From assembly GCA_947642635.1 (NCBI GenBank), contig CANRTI010000001.1:4975-68974 (forward strand): a stretch of DNA of 64,000 bases, written 5' to 3'. The stretch comes from an uncultured Mycoplasma sp. GTDB lineage: Bacteria > Bacillota_I > Bacilli_A > RF39 > UBA660. Both the position numbers and the translations under genes were made by a program. Positions 62,385 through 64,000 of the stretch are shown here, in pieces; positions within the stretch are counted from its first letter, which is position 1; each line of letters begins with the position of its first letter. Under the pieces are notes generated by a model. The model ran no database searches. It was not told the origin of the DNA and saw only the letters and a list, made by a program, of their open reading frames with translations.

Positions 62385-64000
62385 TTAGCAATCACATTCT
62401 AAATTACTTATTGTCTCTAATGGGATACCTTCAAAATTCTTCCGTCCACATTTTGGACAAACATCATTAATAACCCCAACATATCCACAAACTGGGTCTC
62501 TATCAACTGGGTGATTTACAGCCCCATATCCAATATCACTATCATGCATTATTCGAACAATTTTTTCAAATGCATCAATGTTATTAGCTGTATCACCATC
62601 AATTTCAATATATGAAATATGACCTGCATTAGTATATTTATGATAAACTCCTTCTATTTCTAACTTATGTTGAATAGTAGTATGGTAATATACTGGTACA
62701 TGGAATGAATTTGTATAGTACTCTCTATCAGTAATTCCTTTAATTTTACCATAAATTGAACGATCAATTCCAACAAAGCGACCACTTAATCCTTCAGCTG
62801 GTGTAGCAAGACAAGTAAAGTTTAATTTTGTATCAGCACTATAAGCATCGCATTTTTCACGCATATGTTTAACTATTTCTATTCCTAGTTTTTGAGCTTC
62901 TGTACTTTCACCATGATGTTTTCCCATCAAAGCTTTTAAACATTCTGCTAAGCCAATAAAACCAATTGATAAAGTACCATGTTTTAAAACTTTTTTAATT
63001 TTAGCTCCTGACTCTAATTTTTCTGAATCTAACCAAACATTAGCTCCCAATAAAAATTTAAAATTATTAACTCCTTTACTACATTGAATTTCAAATCTTT
63101 GTAATAATTGTCCTTTACATAAATCTAATATTTCATCAAGTTCTTCATAAAAACCTTTCATATCGGCTTTTTCGCGTTCATTATTACATATTCCATATTT
63201 TATCCCTAAACGTGGTAAATTGATTGTTGTAAATGATAAATTTCCTCTTCCTGGTGTAATTTCTTTATCAGGATAAGCAACATTACCAATTACTCTAGTA
63301 CGACAACCCATATAACCAACTTCTGTTTTCGGATCCCCATTTAAATATGGTTTATTAAATGAAGAATCTAAGAAGGAAAAATTGGGAAATAATCTTTTTG
63401 CTGATACTTTACAAGCTAATTTAAATAAATCATAACTTGGATCATCAACATTATAGTTAACACCCTCTTTTAGTTTAAATATAGAAATTGGGAATATTGG
63501 TGTTTCACCATTACCTAAACCAGCATCTGTTGCTAGTAAGAAATTTTTAATTACCATTCTTCCTTCTTCAGATGTATCAGTTCCAAAGTTGATTGATGAA
63601 AATGGTACTTGAGCTCCCGCTCTTGAATGCATCGTATTTAAATTATGAATAAATGCTTCCATAGCTTGATATGTAATACGATCTGTTTTAGCTAATGCTT
63701 TATCATAAGATTTAACAAATATTTCTTCTAATCTTTCACTACTAATAAAGTTACTAAATACTTCTTTAGGTTTAAAATCAATGCCTTTTTCTTTATCAAT
63801 AACTTTAACTACTTCTTCAAAATCAATTTCTCCTAAAAAACCATCTAAATCTAAATAATCATAAATCATTTGTTTTAATTGCTTTTTAAAAGTTTTTTTA
63901 ACTCCTGGAGCCATATAATAATCAAACATTGGAATACTTTGACCACCATGTTGATCATTTTGATTAGCTTGAATACAAATTGCTGCTAAAGCAGTATAAC
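62385..64000 (-). CDS. nrdD: Anaerobic ribonucleoside-triphosphate reductase, large body; 5' end outside window; lacks the glycyl-radical tail
   Basis: The frame is open to the window edge (…YTALAAICIQANQNDQHGGQSIPMFDYY…). It has the C-terminal Zn-ribbon region VCGY…CPKCG and ends …ECDC*. Confidence 0.9.
   Translation of the reverse strand, partial: YTALAAICIQANQNDQHGGQSIPMFDYYMAPGVKKTFKKQLKQMIYDYLDLDGFLGEIDFEEVVKVIDKEKGIDFKPKEVFSNFISSERLEEIFVKSYDKALAKTDRITYQAMEAFIHNLNTMHSRAGAQVPFSSINFGTDTSEEGRMVIKNFLLATDAGLGNGETPIFPISIFKLKEGVNYNVDDPSYDLFKLACKVSAKRLFPNFSFLDSSFNKPYLNGDPKTEVGYMGCRTRVIGNVAYPDKEITPGRGNLSFTTINLPRLGIKYGICNNEREKADMKGFYEELDEILDLCKGQLLQRFEIQCSKGVNNFKFLLGANVWLDSEKLESGAKIKKVLKHGTLSIGFIGLAECLKALMGKHHGESTEAQKLGIEIVKHMREKCDAYSADTKLNFTCLATPAEGLSGRFVGIDRSIYGKIKGITDREYYTNSFHVPVYYHTTIQHKLEIEGVYHKYTNAGHISYIEIDGDTANNIDAFEKIVRIMHDSDIGYGAVNHPVDRDPVCGYVGVINDVCPKCGRKNFEGIPLETISNLECDC

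Noticed and set aside
62173-62388. A 71-aa plus-strand ORF in the nrdD-nrdG spacer.
   Set aside because: The opposite strand encodes a 51-aa ORF with a strong SD and the NrdD glycyl-radical signature, which explains the open frame far better.

Overview
This is a very AT-rich chromosomal segment from a Bacillota (Firmicutes) spore-former. CotJ, collagen-like and SipW/TasA-like genes are present. The core gene order resembles Erysipelotrichales or Clostridia, but that taxon guess is only an inference.

Housekeeping backbone:
- two P-type ATPases and a ClpC-like AAA+ protein
- scpA and scpB
- the rimP-nusA-ylxR-infB-rbfA-truB operon
- cotJ genes, lysS, pyk, a cysteine desulfurase and murD
- nrdD and nrdG
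- one tRNA-Leu(CAA)

Accessory content worth attention:
1. An integrative element of about 8.5 kb (about 2490-11000), bounded by a 38-bp imperfect direct repeat. It combines a Tn916-type Int/Xis, a TcpA/FtsK-like translocase and a CRESS-DNA-virus-type Rep (HUH endonuclease plus SF3 helicase). Just upstream of rep lies a stem-loop whose loop carries the circovirus nonanucleotide TAGTATTAC next to tandem iterons. The cargo is a class-B sortase and its substrate.
2. A minus-strand operon of about 9.7 kb (13397-23110) with two SipW-type (S26B) signal peptidases and four large secreted proteins. Several of these have SipW-cognate/TasA-like N-termini. The operon opens with a 664-aa protein built from tandem Cys/His-rich zinc-ribbon-like repeats. 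I consider this the best candidate for an undescribed fibre or matrix assembly system.
3. An apparently split anaerobic ribonucleotide reductase. The glycyl-radical motif lies on a separate 51-aa ORF, with its own SD, between nrdD and nrdG.
4. A duplicated 92-bp module with a promoter and terminator, convergent with a 22-aa hydrophobic peptide ORF. This looks like a type I toxin-antitoxin locus.
5. A collagen-like (GXY) protein next to a GT2-TPR glycosyltransferase.
6. A decayed island holding integrase, NUDIX and GNAT pseudogenes.

I found no CRISPR array, rRNA or reverse transcriptase. All functional calls rest on motif recognition by eye, without any database search.
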